From assembly GCA_004764695.1 (NCBI GenBank), contig SMSO01000004.1, positions 1,984,001 through 2,048,000 on the forward strand: 64,000 nt of DNA, read 5' to 3'. Origin of the DNA: Schizochytrium sp. TIO01 (taxonomy: Eukaryota > Protista > Bigyra: Labyrinthulomycetes). Shown in pieces: positions 1-11,534 of the stretch (positions are counted from its first letter, which is position 1; the number at the start of each line of letters is the position of its first letter). Below the pieces are notes generated by a model. The model saw nothing but the letters and a program-made list of their open reading frames with translations, did no database searches and was not told the origin of the DNA. The translations under genes were made by a program, and so were the position numbers.

Positions 1-760
1 TAGGGTCGTTCAATAGCTTTGACAAGATAAACTGTGATCAAACGTTATGACAAGGGTACTCCTCACAGGTTTAATGGTCAATGCAGGGTTTCTATTTAAT
101 TTTTTTTTCCTAAAAATTTCAAGAAAAAATGATATGAGAATGAGAGTTTGTTTCATTTTAGGCACCGTAAAATAAATTTGTTCGCAAACAAAGAAATGGG
201 TAGATCTAAAGCACTATTAGTTATAGGGCGAGCCTCAAAGCTGCTTATTACTAGAAGATGTATGGTTGCCTTATAAAAAGTACTACTCTAAGTACCATGT
301 ATGCTGCAGGCATAGACACTTATTTGGATAATTATAGTGCACTTTCAGTTGCAGGACAGACTTGGCGAAAATTGAAAAATGAACTCCTTCTATTCATCTT
401 TCTTCTACATAGTTATTTATGCATTGCATTTAGAACCATGACATATTGATTTTTATACTAACGGGTTTGGTATCGTCTGCGGGTGGATAAATTTGCTGCT
501 GCACTGATGAGTAAGCATTTTACATGAAAACAAAACAAAACAAACATTGTGAATAGTTAAAGCTTGATTGTAAGCCGAGCCTTCTAGTAGGCTTTGTAAT
601 GACTAGCAACATATGTCTTTTAAACACATATACACACAGTTGCATAACTGAAGCACAATAGAAATAGCGCCTCAGGTCACAAAGCAAAGCTACAGTATCA
701 GATAAACATGATGCAAGATAGCTTCTTGCTAGAAATAATGGAGCTGTGGTGGAAGATAAT

Positions 761-3700
761 TTATAGATCTGTGGGATCCGCGTCAAATTCCCGACGGGGC
801 TGCTTAGGTCCTCGGTTGAAGAATGAGATTGGTCTCGAGAAATGGGATGAAGGCATGTCCTTCTTATACTGGCGAATTTCTGCCTTAAGAGCATCTCCTT
901 CACGCTGCAAACGAAGAATCTCAGCAGGATCACGAGTGCTTTTGGCTTGAGCTCTGACGCGTAGAAGCTCTTCACGGGACTTCTGCATCTTGGCGACCAG
1001 GTCATCACCACCGCCGTTAGCATACTCGACATCGCGCTCGAGATTAACAATATTTCCATCATAGACGTACTTTTCATCACGCCGCCAGCGACGGCGGTAA
1101 CGAAGCATACCGGCCACAGCAATGACAAAAAGACCTGCTGCAACGCCACCTCCAATAGCAGCTCGCATGGTACTTTGACGATTTTCTGCTCCGGTGTTTG
1201 TAACTGGGTCAAGAGCAGGTGTACTGGCTGCCTTTGGCTGGGTAGTCACCACAGCATCAGTAGATGCAACGAAGTAGCAACTGGTTGTATTTTGGGTTGC
1301 ATTCAATTCAATGGAGTATGTTGCGGTCTCATTCTCATATGTAATGACTTCTTGTAAAGAACATCCTTGCCCATACGTGGCATAGATACCAAATGACACA
1401 TTAATCATGTCGGTGCTGAAGACAGCGGAATAAGATCCGTCGTCATTGTCAACAATCGACGCACTAATAATAGCGGGGGTCAAGCTTCCATTGTAGAAAA
1501 GGCCTGTTTCTTCATCAGCATTTTCGACAAAGTATGCTTCCATGTAGTTACTAAAACCACCAAAGGTAATTTCGTAACCGCAGAGGTCATAAGTTTGAAT
1601 TGTGTAAGCTACTTGATCCTCGCCGTTAGCTGTGACATTCTTGGGAACTCCCGAGTTAATATCCTCCGAATAAGAGCTGTCATAATCAATACCAACAGTA
1701 CGGACATTCCAGCTTGTAATACGTTGTTCAACAACAGTGTTTCCATTGGCAGAAGTAAAACCAATATAAGCACTTGTTCCCCCAATGATTTCTTCAAGAT
1801 AGAAGTAATCTTGTGTTAAGAGCAACACGCCATCCTGGTAAATGCGGAGCTGATGGTACTGCTCAAGATACATAAACGTCAGGTTGTAGACTTCCTGTTC
1901 TACAACAGATAACGTTGTATCACTGAATGAGGAAATGGGAATTGCAATTGTATTATTCGTGTTGTAGTTGAGGTAGGCATCCAGCTCACCACATGTGCTG
2001 TTTACATCGGCACGGTTCTTACAGAGATCAAGGACGAACGCAACAGCCTGATCAATGTAGGAAAATCCCAAGCCGCTGCCAAGGGCAGCAGGGATGTTCT
2101 CTAAGCCTTCTTCTCGGTTCATCACAACGAACGCGAAACCTTGGGCCATGTTTGCATCAGATGAGATGTTGTAGGGATCAATCTCAATGACCACGTCTAC
2201 AACAAAACCACCATTGAGATTGTCCTTCACTAGGTGGAAAGCATATGTGCTAGTTTGCTCTGTTCCAGACGCGCCCGTGGTGATGTAGATACCATCATCT
2301 TCAACAGCAGCGCCAACGCTCACAGAGAATGATCTCGCCTGCTCGTCAACCGAATCGTCTGGAAAACTCACTGTCGTTACACCACTTTCCATAACTGTGC
2401 ATGCAGTTGTAGGCCCCCAAGTTGGAGAGTTGGTTGGGTTGTCAGTCGTTGGCTGCAGTGTAGGAGAGACGGAGGGGCTCTGAGACGGGAGTAGTGTTGG
2501 TGCATCTGTTGGATATAAGGTTGGTTCTGGTGTTGGTGCATCTGTTGGAAAGAGGGTTGGTACTAGTGTTGGTTCTGGTGTTGGAGAATGAGTTGGTTCT
2601 AGTGTTGGTGCATCCGTCGGTCTATTTGTGGGTTCTGGTGTCGGGTGAGGTGCAGGAGTCGTTGGAGCGGTGGGCTGAGGAGTTGGCTCGTTTGTAGGTT
2701 CGAGAGTTGGTTGAGGTGTAGGCTCCGCTGTAGTTGGCTTTTTTGTAGGCTCCTTTGTCGGTTCCTTTGTGGGTTGTGGAGTTGGCTCCCTTGTCGGTTC
2801 CTTTGTTGGTTGTGGAGTTGGCTGCTTTGTAGGCTGCTTTGTTGGTTGTGGAGTTGTAGGCTGGTTAGTCGGGGCCTTAGTAGGACTGTTGGTTTTGCAG
2901 ATAGCTTCACCAATCATAGTTTCAAGGTCCTCTTGAAAATTGGCGAGATTCCAATTGCTAATATCAATCAAAGTATGGTCTACAGGAATCGATCCACACT
3001 GGTCTTGATAGAACGAAGTTTCAAAGAGACGGGATTCAGCTTCTTCTTTGATGGCACCATAAATGAGTTGTGTGTTATCTAAATTTGCAATTGCTGCGGC
3101 CGCACCTTTGGCAACGCAATGGGGGTGGTAGCTCCTACCCCAATAAGTTGGCCAGCATGACCAAGATGAAAAATAGGTTGAAGGGCCTCGATCGATGCCA
3201 TCATTCGGTATGTCACTTGAGCAAAGAGTAACGTCTTCATTCGGCTCTCCATCAGTAAGGAGTATAACGATTGTTTGAGTCGAACCAGACATTTCCTTAC
3301 GATGATTGTAGGCTTGCAAGAGGCCATCATAGATGTTTGTGCTAGAGCCTGTGTATCGGTCACGGTAAGTCCAAGACGAGAAGCCGCTCTCGAAGGTGCA
3401 GAGCCCACCACTATCTGCAGAAACGTCAACATCAATTAATGTTCGATCATCTGCGCGCTTTCCAAATTTCACTGCAAACGAGCTTTCAAGGTTTTTGTTG
3501 GGAGCACGAGATACTGATGCAGTGACCTCAATCGCGAATTTCATCATCGACTCAAAATTTGGGCTGAGAATACTTCCACTAGCGTCAAGCACCCATAAGA
3601 GATTGAAGGGTTTGGACTCCGATTTACAAGTTGAAGTGCTAGAAGATGTTGATAGCTCTTTCACCAGGTAGTCAGCGTCGTCATAGATGCACATATGATT

Positions 3701-3955
3701 TAAGAGTGCACATGGATTTGAATTTGTGGAGCTTTGCTGGGATGAACTCATTAAATCAAAATTGTATGAAATACCTACACATGATTCGTCAGCAATGCAG
3801 AGATCTTCACAATCCTTAAGGCAGTCTGTAGATCGGCTGATAACCCAGCTTGTATGATCGTCGCACTTTACGTTTGTATTCTGAGCAATGAAGGTATAGT
3901 TAGCTTGAGCAGAGTGAGCCAATGTCAATAGCGCGATAACCTGAAAGAATTTCAT
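761..3955 (-). CDS. Type-I membrane adhesin/receptor: signal peptide, PAN/apple-like domain, vWA (integrin I-like) domain, Pro/Thr-rich stalk, L-type (ConA-like) lectin domain, filamin/Ig-like repeat, TM helix, cytoplasmic coiled coil
   Basis: 1064-aa ORF. Signal peptide MKFFQVIALLTLAHSAQA. PAN-like Cys pattern CLKDCEDLCIADESCVGISYN..C. vWA with full MIDAS (VLDASGS, STNIYDGL, ILLTDGEP). PTKQ/PTKE/PTLE repeats. Lectin motifs QGFAFVV..LGSGLGF..AVAFVLD..AYIGFTSANG..ITSW. Filamin-like YTIQTYDLCG..IVDNDDGSYSAVF. TM AAIGGGVAAGLFVIAVAGML followed by RYRRRWRR. Confidence 0.92.
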   Translation of the reverse strand: MKFFQVIALLTLAHSAQANYTFIAQNTNVKCDDHTSWVISRSTDCLKDCEDLCIADESCVGISYNFDLMSSSQQSSTNSNPCALLNHMCIYDDADYLVKELSTSSSTSTCKSESKPFNLLWVLDASGSILSPNFESMMKFAIEVTASVSRAPNKNLESSFAVKFGKRADDRTLIDVDVSADSGGLCTFESGFSSWTYRDRYTGSSTNIYDGLLQAYNHRKEMSGSTQTIVILLTDGEPNEDVTLCSSDIPNDGIDRGPSTYFSSWSCWPTYWGRSYHPHCVAKGAAAAIANLDNTQLIYGAIKEEAESRLFETSFYQDQCGSIPVDHTLIDISNWNLANFQEDLETMIGEAICKTNSPTKAPTNQPTTPQPTKQPTKQPTPQPTKEPTREPTPQPTKEPTKEPTKKPTTAEPTPQPTLEPTNEPTPQPTAPTTPAPHPTPEPTNRPTDAPTLEPTHSPTPEPTLVPTLFPTDAPTPEPTLYPTDAPTLLPSQSPSVSPTLQPTTDNPTNSPTWGPTTACTVMESGVTTVSFPDDSVDEQARSFSVSVGAAVEDDGIYITTGASGTEQTSTYAFHLVKDNLNGGFVVDVVIEIDPYNISSDANMAQGFAFVVMNREEGLENIPAALGSGLGFSYIDQAVAFVLDLCKNRADVNSTCGELDAYLNYNTNNTIAIPISSFSDTTLSVVEQEVYNLTFMYLEQYHQLRIYQDGVLLLTQDYFYLEEIIGGTSAYIGFTSANGNTVVEQRITSWNVRTVGIDYDSSYSEDINSGVPKNVTANGEDQVAYTIQTYDLCGYEITFGGFSNYMEAYFVENADEETGLFYNGSLTPAIISASIVDNDDGSYSAVFSTDMINVSFGIYATYGQGCSLQEVITYENETATYSIELNATQNTTSCYFVASTDAVVTTQPKAASTPALDPVTNTGAENRQSTMRAAIGGGVAAGLFVIAVAGMLRYRRRWRRDEKYVYDGNIVNLERDVEYANGGGDDLVAKMQKSREELLRVRAQAKSTRDPAEILRLQREGDALKAEIRQYKKDMPSSHFSRPISFFNRGPKQPRREFDADPTDL
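2400..2890 (-). repeat. Coding Pro-Thr-x-x tandem repeat (mucin-like stalk) within the adhesin
   Basis: Translation reads SPTKAPTNQPTTPQPTKQPTKQPTPQPTKEPTREP...PTDAPTLEP; degenerate 12-nt units in the DNA. Confidence 0.9.
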
Positions 3956-6015
3956 GTTTTCGGAGTTTTTCCAATGTGGCTAGTTGAGGAATGGCAGTAC
4001 GAGTGGATTGATATTATCTCTCTAGATCTAGCAAAATTCACTTCTGTGCTAGCCCCCTCCCCCTTCTGACAAATATCTCTCGTATCTATCTCTTTTCTAT
4101 TACGGTCAACCCAGGCGAAAAACAGAGCACTGCAGATGTCGCACAGCGACCTCTCAAATGAAAAAAGGACGTAGTCAAATGATTATTGTGTCCTTCTTTC
4201 ACTGGCACGGGCCGAAACCTCGACCTATGCAGCCACGCAGACAACCAGGGGACTGCTGGTTATCCTTTCTCTTCTGGGCTAGCTCCGGGGCGCCTTGGAC
4301 GCGCGTGAGCCCCAATTCGAGATTTGGAGTTGACCTGCACTCCATTTTCCACATTAAAATAAAAAAGAAAGAAGAAAGTATTTTGAAAAATAAAAATTAA
4401 AATTAAAGTCAAGCTGGCTGTTGCAAACACACTTTGCCAGCACTTCCTACCCCGTACGCAATAAGATGGTAATGATAATCTTCATGTTTAAGATAATAGC
4501 GGGGGGTTAAAGAAAACCTAAGACTCAGCCACAACAGTAGAAGGGTAATCACAATTTATCTGATCCATCCTGTGCGCATACATTCCGCAGTAGTAGTATG
4601 ATTTTCTACCTTCCCACTTTCACCTAACCTAACTTTTTTTTTTCTTTAAAAAAAAACAAAAAACTTTAAGAAAGTGGAAGTACTAGGTGCAGAAAAGTAT
4701 AGTTTTATCATGTGATTGCAAATAATGAAAACTGGCCAGAGAAGCCTCAGAGAAAAGAGAAAACGACACTAGTCTTTAACTTTTACTTTTCTTATTTAAG
4801 TCATCTAAAAGCTCTAATAAAAGGGATTTTATTTGGGGGCTTCTTTCTAGCCAGATGATAGTTGCCTACTCTTACTGAGATGCTTGCAAAGCTTCTGCAC
4901 CGAAACGCCTACCTTGTTGCGGCGCCAGTCTCATACATCCAACGATAGAAGGGGAAATGATATAAGAGCAGATCTTCATATTCTTCTTCTTAAAAGTATA
5001 CTTTTATAAATAAAGAAAGTATATTTTAAAATTAGTCAAATTAAATAAAAATAAAAATAAAAATAAAAGCCCCTACCAGCGGGATTCCTATTTATGATGT
5101 CTAGAATATCCCTATCAGCTGTATGGTTACCGACATCACTAGCGCCTAGCAAGAGGGTTGCCAAGCCAATGCCTGCACGTGCGTTAGTCTTCCAAGAGTA
5201 GTGGCTGAAGTTTTAAAAGCTGGAGGCTAGAACAGGAGGTACATTGAATAATTTAGGGCAGCGATGCTTCATGCTGCTTGCAGTAGCGACTAAGTTCATT
5301 TACATAATCATCCTTTCCAAGTTACTATGGTACCGAGTCTGCCTAAACGACATTCGCCCGGCCGAAGCTATTTCTCTTTGCACTGGCGCTGCATATCATT
5401 TAGACAATGTGGATGCGCTGATACTTAAGGGTTCAAGATCCACTTTATTTATTTGTAACATATTGAAAAATATTAACTTTTTCACTCTGCATCCTAAAGG
5501 TCTCCAAGCTTTGCATTGGAGACCTTGTCCACTTATCTGATAACCCTATGCGGCAAACTCTCAGTAGACGTGCTGCCTCAATGAAAATATAGTTTGAACA
5601 CGTGCCGTAGCAGGTGACTTGATGCGAGATTATCAAATCCGAAATTTGGTACTAGCAAAGACTTTTTTCTTTTTCTTTTAATACTTTAGAATCAAACCAT
5701 AGTATCTATTAGTGATATTTCTTTTAAATAAGAAAGAAAAAAAGAAAAGAAAGTCAGAACAGCGAATAATCCATAAGAAGACCATAGACGCACGCTTTCA
5801 TGCAAAAGCTGGACTCGACGCACCTCCCCCTACTTGCCACGGCAATAAAGGTGCTAAGACTATACGACACACATGCTGCGCCATTCACAACAGTTCGGCG
5901 CTGCCCTCAAACCCTCAGTTTGGCTCCAATTGTGCCAGACTAGACTATCTTGTCGGCCTTCGAGCGCCCTAAGCAGCCAACGATGGCCTTCTGACAGTTC
6001 CCACGTGCGAGTGCA

Positions 6016-6046
<31 letters not shown>

Positions 6047-6069
6047 GAAGAAAGAAAGAAAGAAAGAAA
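6016..6069. repeat. (AAAG)n microsatellite
   Basis: aaagaaagaaagaaag... directly visible. Confidence 0.9.
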
Positions 6070-8371
6070 AAATATTAGACAATACTCCGCCACGCGCGTG
6101 CCTCACGCCAGCTAAATAGTTCTACTGCTCTAAACTATGGCCAACTATTATTATTCTGTTCTCCATTATCATAAAAGAAAAAGTGTTTAAAAAGTGCTTT
6201 CATGATAGACGTCATAAGATCATCTTATCCACCATGACTTTCAAGTGAATTCATAGGGCTATGATGACATCGACATCCTCCAGGTAACGACTTATTAGTG
6301 TTGATTTATTTTACAAAAAAACAACAACAACAACAACAACAACAAAACATTATTTTTAAAAGGGCCACTAACATCTCGGACTCGAAGAACTATAAGGACC
6401 CAGTGGTGTGCACAACTTGAGTGACCCCTTCCACTGAAAATTACCCTCTGACACCCCTCATAAGTCCCTCTGAGTCCAGCATTTGCTTACCCACACTGTG
6501 ATATCCACATCGAGGAGTTAAGTTAGATGGATGAGAGGGGAAAGTGCAGTGGTACGCGCGTCGCTCTCTCAGCTCGGCCGCGTAAACAAATTCTTGCGCC
6601 CTCTCTCGCCTCAGAAGTTCCCCGTTTCTTTGAATCGTGCTGCATTGTATGAAGGTACTAGAACGGAGGATTGAGCTTCCACTGGGCGCAGCTTGCTGGG
6701 TTATTTGTTTGTTTGCTTACTTATTGATTGCATGCAGCAGGTACGTACGTACCTACGTAGAAACAGACGGCCATTGGTTGTCAGGTCAAGTCGGGTGGCT
6801 GGCTTTTCAGCTGGTTGATTTTTCTTCGCACTGTGTTCAAAGAAAAAGTTGTGCTCGTTTTAGCGGTTCTTGCGAGGAGCAATTGGAGTAGTACTTAAAG
6901 TATCTGCTGGATGATATAGAGCTGATGGATGGTAGGAAGGTTAGAAATCTCTCTAACTACCTAGACTAGAGTAGAGAATGGGATTCTTTGACTTAGTTTT
7001 TAAAGCACTCGCCATAGCATGGCCGCGCTCGGTACTCCGGTTTGAGGTGTTGTGTAACCTTGCTAACTTGAACAACTATGTTGAGGTTGTAGTAATCATT
7101 CTGCGTTATCCAGAAAGTACCATTGGTTGATAAGAGTGCTGATTTTGTTGTTGATAACTTGATCTGCAGTGAATCCAGCTGCCAAAGTGCAATGAACATC
7201 ATAGAATGGTAGAGGTTATTGTAGTACTGGATTACTTTTGAGTGAGAAAGGTGACGGATGCTGCAACATTTCGTAAAAGTCTTTCCGTGAACGAGTGAAC
7301 ATGGGCTAGTATTTCATGGTAGCTAGCAGATAGTTGCATCGGCGCTCCTGCCCCAAGCAAATGTATTCCTACCAGGTAGGTAACTACTACTATTACGACT
7401 ACTACGAACTTGAATGTGAACTAGGCAAACCGGTGACGCCCGGTATCGTTTATATGAAGCAAATGAACCAGTTTTCCCCTTAGGAAGTATACCATTGCCA
7501 ACATTAAAAAGAGGTACACGGGCTTCCAACTTGCACAACTCGCAGAGATGACAGATGCAGACGAACTTCTGGAGGAGGGTTTTTAGGGGAAATCCCACGT
7601 CCAGGGATGTGATGGTAGGCGTGCGCCACGAGCTTCTTCAAATACGCGCAAGCCAGATCTGGCCGTGTGAAGAAGGGAAAAGGCACAATGAGCTGCAGTG
7701 AGCACCCTCGAAGCTAATATTTCGAAATCTGCTCATAAGCTGTTTAGATTTGAGTACATAATCTCCATGATGTCCATAGCCACGGGACGCGCGACCTACA
7801 TGTTCCTGCGCCCAACCGACCGTGCAAGCAGATATATAAAAAAATCTGAGTTTAGATATCTAAAGAAATTAAAACTGTGAGCAAGGACGGTCATGAAACG
7901 AAGTTGTCTTGCAAGAAAAGTGATCGACAACCCTTGGCGCGTGCATAGTTCACGGCTAACTTACAGCCCCTCCATCGAGAAACTCGATACGAAGCGGATA
8001 GGTTTTGAGCAACTAGTGATGACCTTTCAGGTTGCTCATCGGAGAAAACGATCTTTGCCGCCAGAAAAATAACGTCACCCGAGCATTTTCCCTGCCAATA
8101 TTTCATTACCAAAACTTTAGTCGATATGCCAAATTTTCTCAATGGACAAAACGGACATTGTATTCTTCTAATTCCTACTTGCAGAATTGTAATACCTGGA
8201 TGCTCGTTTTGCTATTTGAGAATATGAATAAGACGTGCACCGTTGCTAATTAAGCATCTCGTTGAGTCTAAACATGTAATGCATAGAGCGGTTCAACTGC
8301 TATTCACTAGTTCAAAATTCAACATTTTAACGTTGTGAGCTCCCAAATATGCAAACCAGCAATACAGTCGC

Positions 8372-8413
8372 GTTGAAGAACTTAGACCTACTGTTGAAGA
8401 ACTTAGACCTACT
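8372..8413. repeat. Perfect 21-bp tandem duplication
   Basis: gttgaagaacttagacctact x2 (8372-8392, 8393-8413). Confidence 0.9.
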
Positions 8414-11400
8414 AAGGATATAAAAATGTTTTTCTTCAATTTCAAGATCTATAATCTCAGAGATTTCATACTAACTATAACTAGTTTATTCTGTAACTCG
8501 TTCTCCCTGCCTCAGATAGCACAGAAATATGCTTTTTCATTGAATTTGGTCTACATATTGAATCAAACTCAATTTACGAGCATCCACAGGTGGGGTTTAT
8601 CTAGTGTTCCGGAGTAGTATATTTTTCAAAAGCAAGATATGGCAAAACCGGTAGTGATGCTGGACCAAGAGAACAATCAAAGGTTTAGTCTAGAGACACG
8701 CCATCGCATCTTTTGGTCAACGACGATGCCTCGACTATATACATAGAAAATTCCAACATATATAAAGAATTAAATTTTAACATTAAAATATTTCTTCTTC
8801 TTCTTCTTCTTTTAAAATCGATTTTTTAAATAAAATAAGGAAATGCACACCATACAGCTATATTAACCCCACACAAATATTTGTAACTTTACACTTTTGA
8901 TTTACATGTTCTACTGATAATGAAAGGAGGAGATTTATGTTAAAAAATAAATAAATATGACATTAAAAGTAAAAAGAACCTTCGAAAGTTCCTGATTGCT
9001 GCTTATGCCCTCTTCAAAACTTACTGTCATTGCAAAAATAAAGGTCAACGACAGAGTGAATTCCTTGCGTTAGCCCATAAATATAAGTCATTGCTTAAGC
9101 CAGCTAGTCTTTCTACGTATTGGTAGGTAGATCCTGGTACGAATAGATTCTACTTCGCAGATTCACCGAGATCCGGCCTACTCTCTTGCACAACGAAGCC
9201 TTGACTTTCCTTAAAAGTAAAAGACTTTCAATAAAAGAATAACCACTTAATTTCTCTAATCTTCTTTCCTTTTTGTTTCTTTCTTTCTTTCTTTCTTTCT
9301 TTCCAAAGCGAGTTGCAGCCAAGTTGGCTTCCGTTTGTCAAGTGTCGCTATTATTGCATTTAGGTTTGGAGTTGGTGGTTGAGGTTCTTTGAAAGAAGCA
9401 TTCAGGGAAAACTTTCACGTGCTGATGATGCACACCCACTATACTTAAGGGGGTCCTAGTACTATTAGATGGTTCGAGTAAAGCAGCTACTACCGTGATT
9501 CGAATTTTTGGTCGGTTCTATTAGGTGAGTACATCAGGGATGCTTTTCAATTTGGTAATCATTTTACATTCTGGTTTTGCATCATACTAGGGTATGTTCC
9601 TTCTGGTAGGTACTTATTGCCTCGCAGGTTTGATTCGAGTTTCTGAATGCCGCCAAACGAGCGATCGTTCACGGAGATTGAAGCTGTACGGTAAGGCATG
9701 CTCAGCTGTTAATGAGCTGGTGCCTGTCACGTTCGCAAACTGCAGATCTTCAAGATCTTAACAAAAAGTGTGAATCACCGCGCAATATTATGTAGCTCGA
9801 ATGTTGTAGTAGGTACTTACCTTCTTTTTACACCTTGGGTAGGATTGAGCCTGATCTGAAGGGTGCACTTCTAGAAACCTTTACGATCATTGCGTCACAC
9901 GACTGAGTAGAGTCAACTACAAAGTTAACAGCCTGAACTGTTGTGATATTCCTCTTTAGAAATATCAACTCCAATTTGTGTCGATAATTCAAGGAGTTAA
10001 ATTTCTATCAAACGATAAGTTTTTGTCTCAAGTCATGGCTGAATCAACCTGTGTATTGAAGAAAAATGGGCAATTATAGCGGTCTAGCTAGTGAAGTTAG
10101 CAAGGACAGTCGCTGAGAAAAATGCAAATGGGAATCTTTTATTACGAATATGATGTGGTATTGTTGTTTACTTTGAGGATATTCCTCTAAACATTTTTAC
10201 TTGGGTTTTCACTCAAGTAAATTCATGTCTCTTTGGCTGTGCACGATATCATCCAAGGCTTCCTACTAACAAATCACTGTATGTACTTTTGTCAACATAA
10301 TACCTCGATTTTCTACAAGTATCTTATAGAACAGGTAGCGTTGTTTGGATCAAAGCTACCTAACCTCAAATTCTGCAGTGTCTCAAAACCTATTTCTTTG
10401 GTCAGTGTCTAAGTAGGTAAGTTGAAACTCAGACAAATTTTGAAGAATCGTTTGCGCTTTCCCCACCATGAAAGTAGATGTGCTAATGAATCTAAAGTTA
10501 AATTCACTCATGCATTCGACACAAGTTCTTTTGTTTGAAGCTTTCGAAAAGACAACAATTTTGGCGTTTTTGTTTGGTATGGTCTACGAATATGGTGACA
10601 AATTCGCGAGAAACCTTTTCTTTTTTTCACTGGCACGTGAAGTGTTAGTAAAATGCTTTCCATTTTACTTAAAATTGGAATCTTCAGGTATCAGTTTCCA
10701 GCATTAAGCTTTTTGCTTATCGAAAGTTAATATTAAACCACAATATCTTGTACTGGTTATTCAGGATCCTCTACAGTAATTAATCAAATTACTCGAGAAA
10801 AGAATGCAAAGCAGTTGTTCATTAAGGTATCCCTCATATTATCCATTTTCATGAGAGTGTCAACACACCAAGATGTAAAAATAATCGACATTTTTGTTGC
10901 ACTCACAAGCTGAAAAACTAAGCTGCCAATAATTACAATGTTGCAACACGTCATCCAATTTGACTGTATCTGAACTCACTTCTTTGTAGTGACAAAGGCC
11001 TTCCTGTTGAGATTTGAGAAGGATTCTAATTTCGTCAAGCCGGGGCTAAGTAAGACCGAGTTGCAGTAGACCCCATAATTTTGAGAGGGGACTAACGTAA
11101 ACATCAGACTACGTTCTGTGCGTAAAATCTGAGTTGCACATTGTGATCATATAATTAATGGCCGAGCAATATAATGGCTGCCTTCCTCACTCACTCACTC
11201 ACTCACTCACCAGAATATCAAACTTCTTAACTTCTCGATGCCAGGTACGCCAAGAAGGTGCTCGCTTGCTTGTACTTTGATTTTAGAATACTTAAGGCAG
11301 AATTGGCAAGTCCATGAAAATCAAAGGCATTGTTCAGAACCACGAATCCTGCGCCTAAACATGATGTTTGGAGCAAGGGCAGCATTTGTTATGCATTAGA

Positions 11401-11534
11401 GTGGTTCTGTCCTCCGTTGATTGTGTGTTTGGATGCACCGCTACAAGGTAAAAAACACTGGTGGATATTCTCAGATCTTTCAAAAAAAAGAGTTCTTTAC
11501 TAGATTACTGGTCAGTATTATTCATGGGGTCTCA

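Noticed and set aside
2494-3082. Plus-strand and alternate-frame ORFs over the adhesin
   Set aside because: Shadows of the Pro/Thr repeat region of the 1064-aa gene.
4622-4633. cctaacctaac telomere-like (TTAGG) repeat
   Set aside because: Only two units; expected by chance.
11259-11275. gtgctcgctt, resembling the U6 snRNA 5' end
   Set aside because: The match stops after 10 nt; no ACAGAGA box or U6 body follows.
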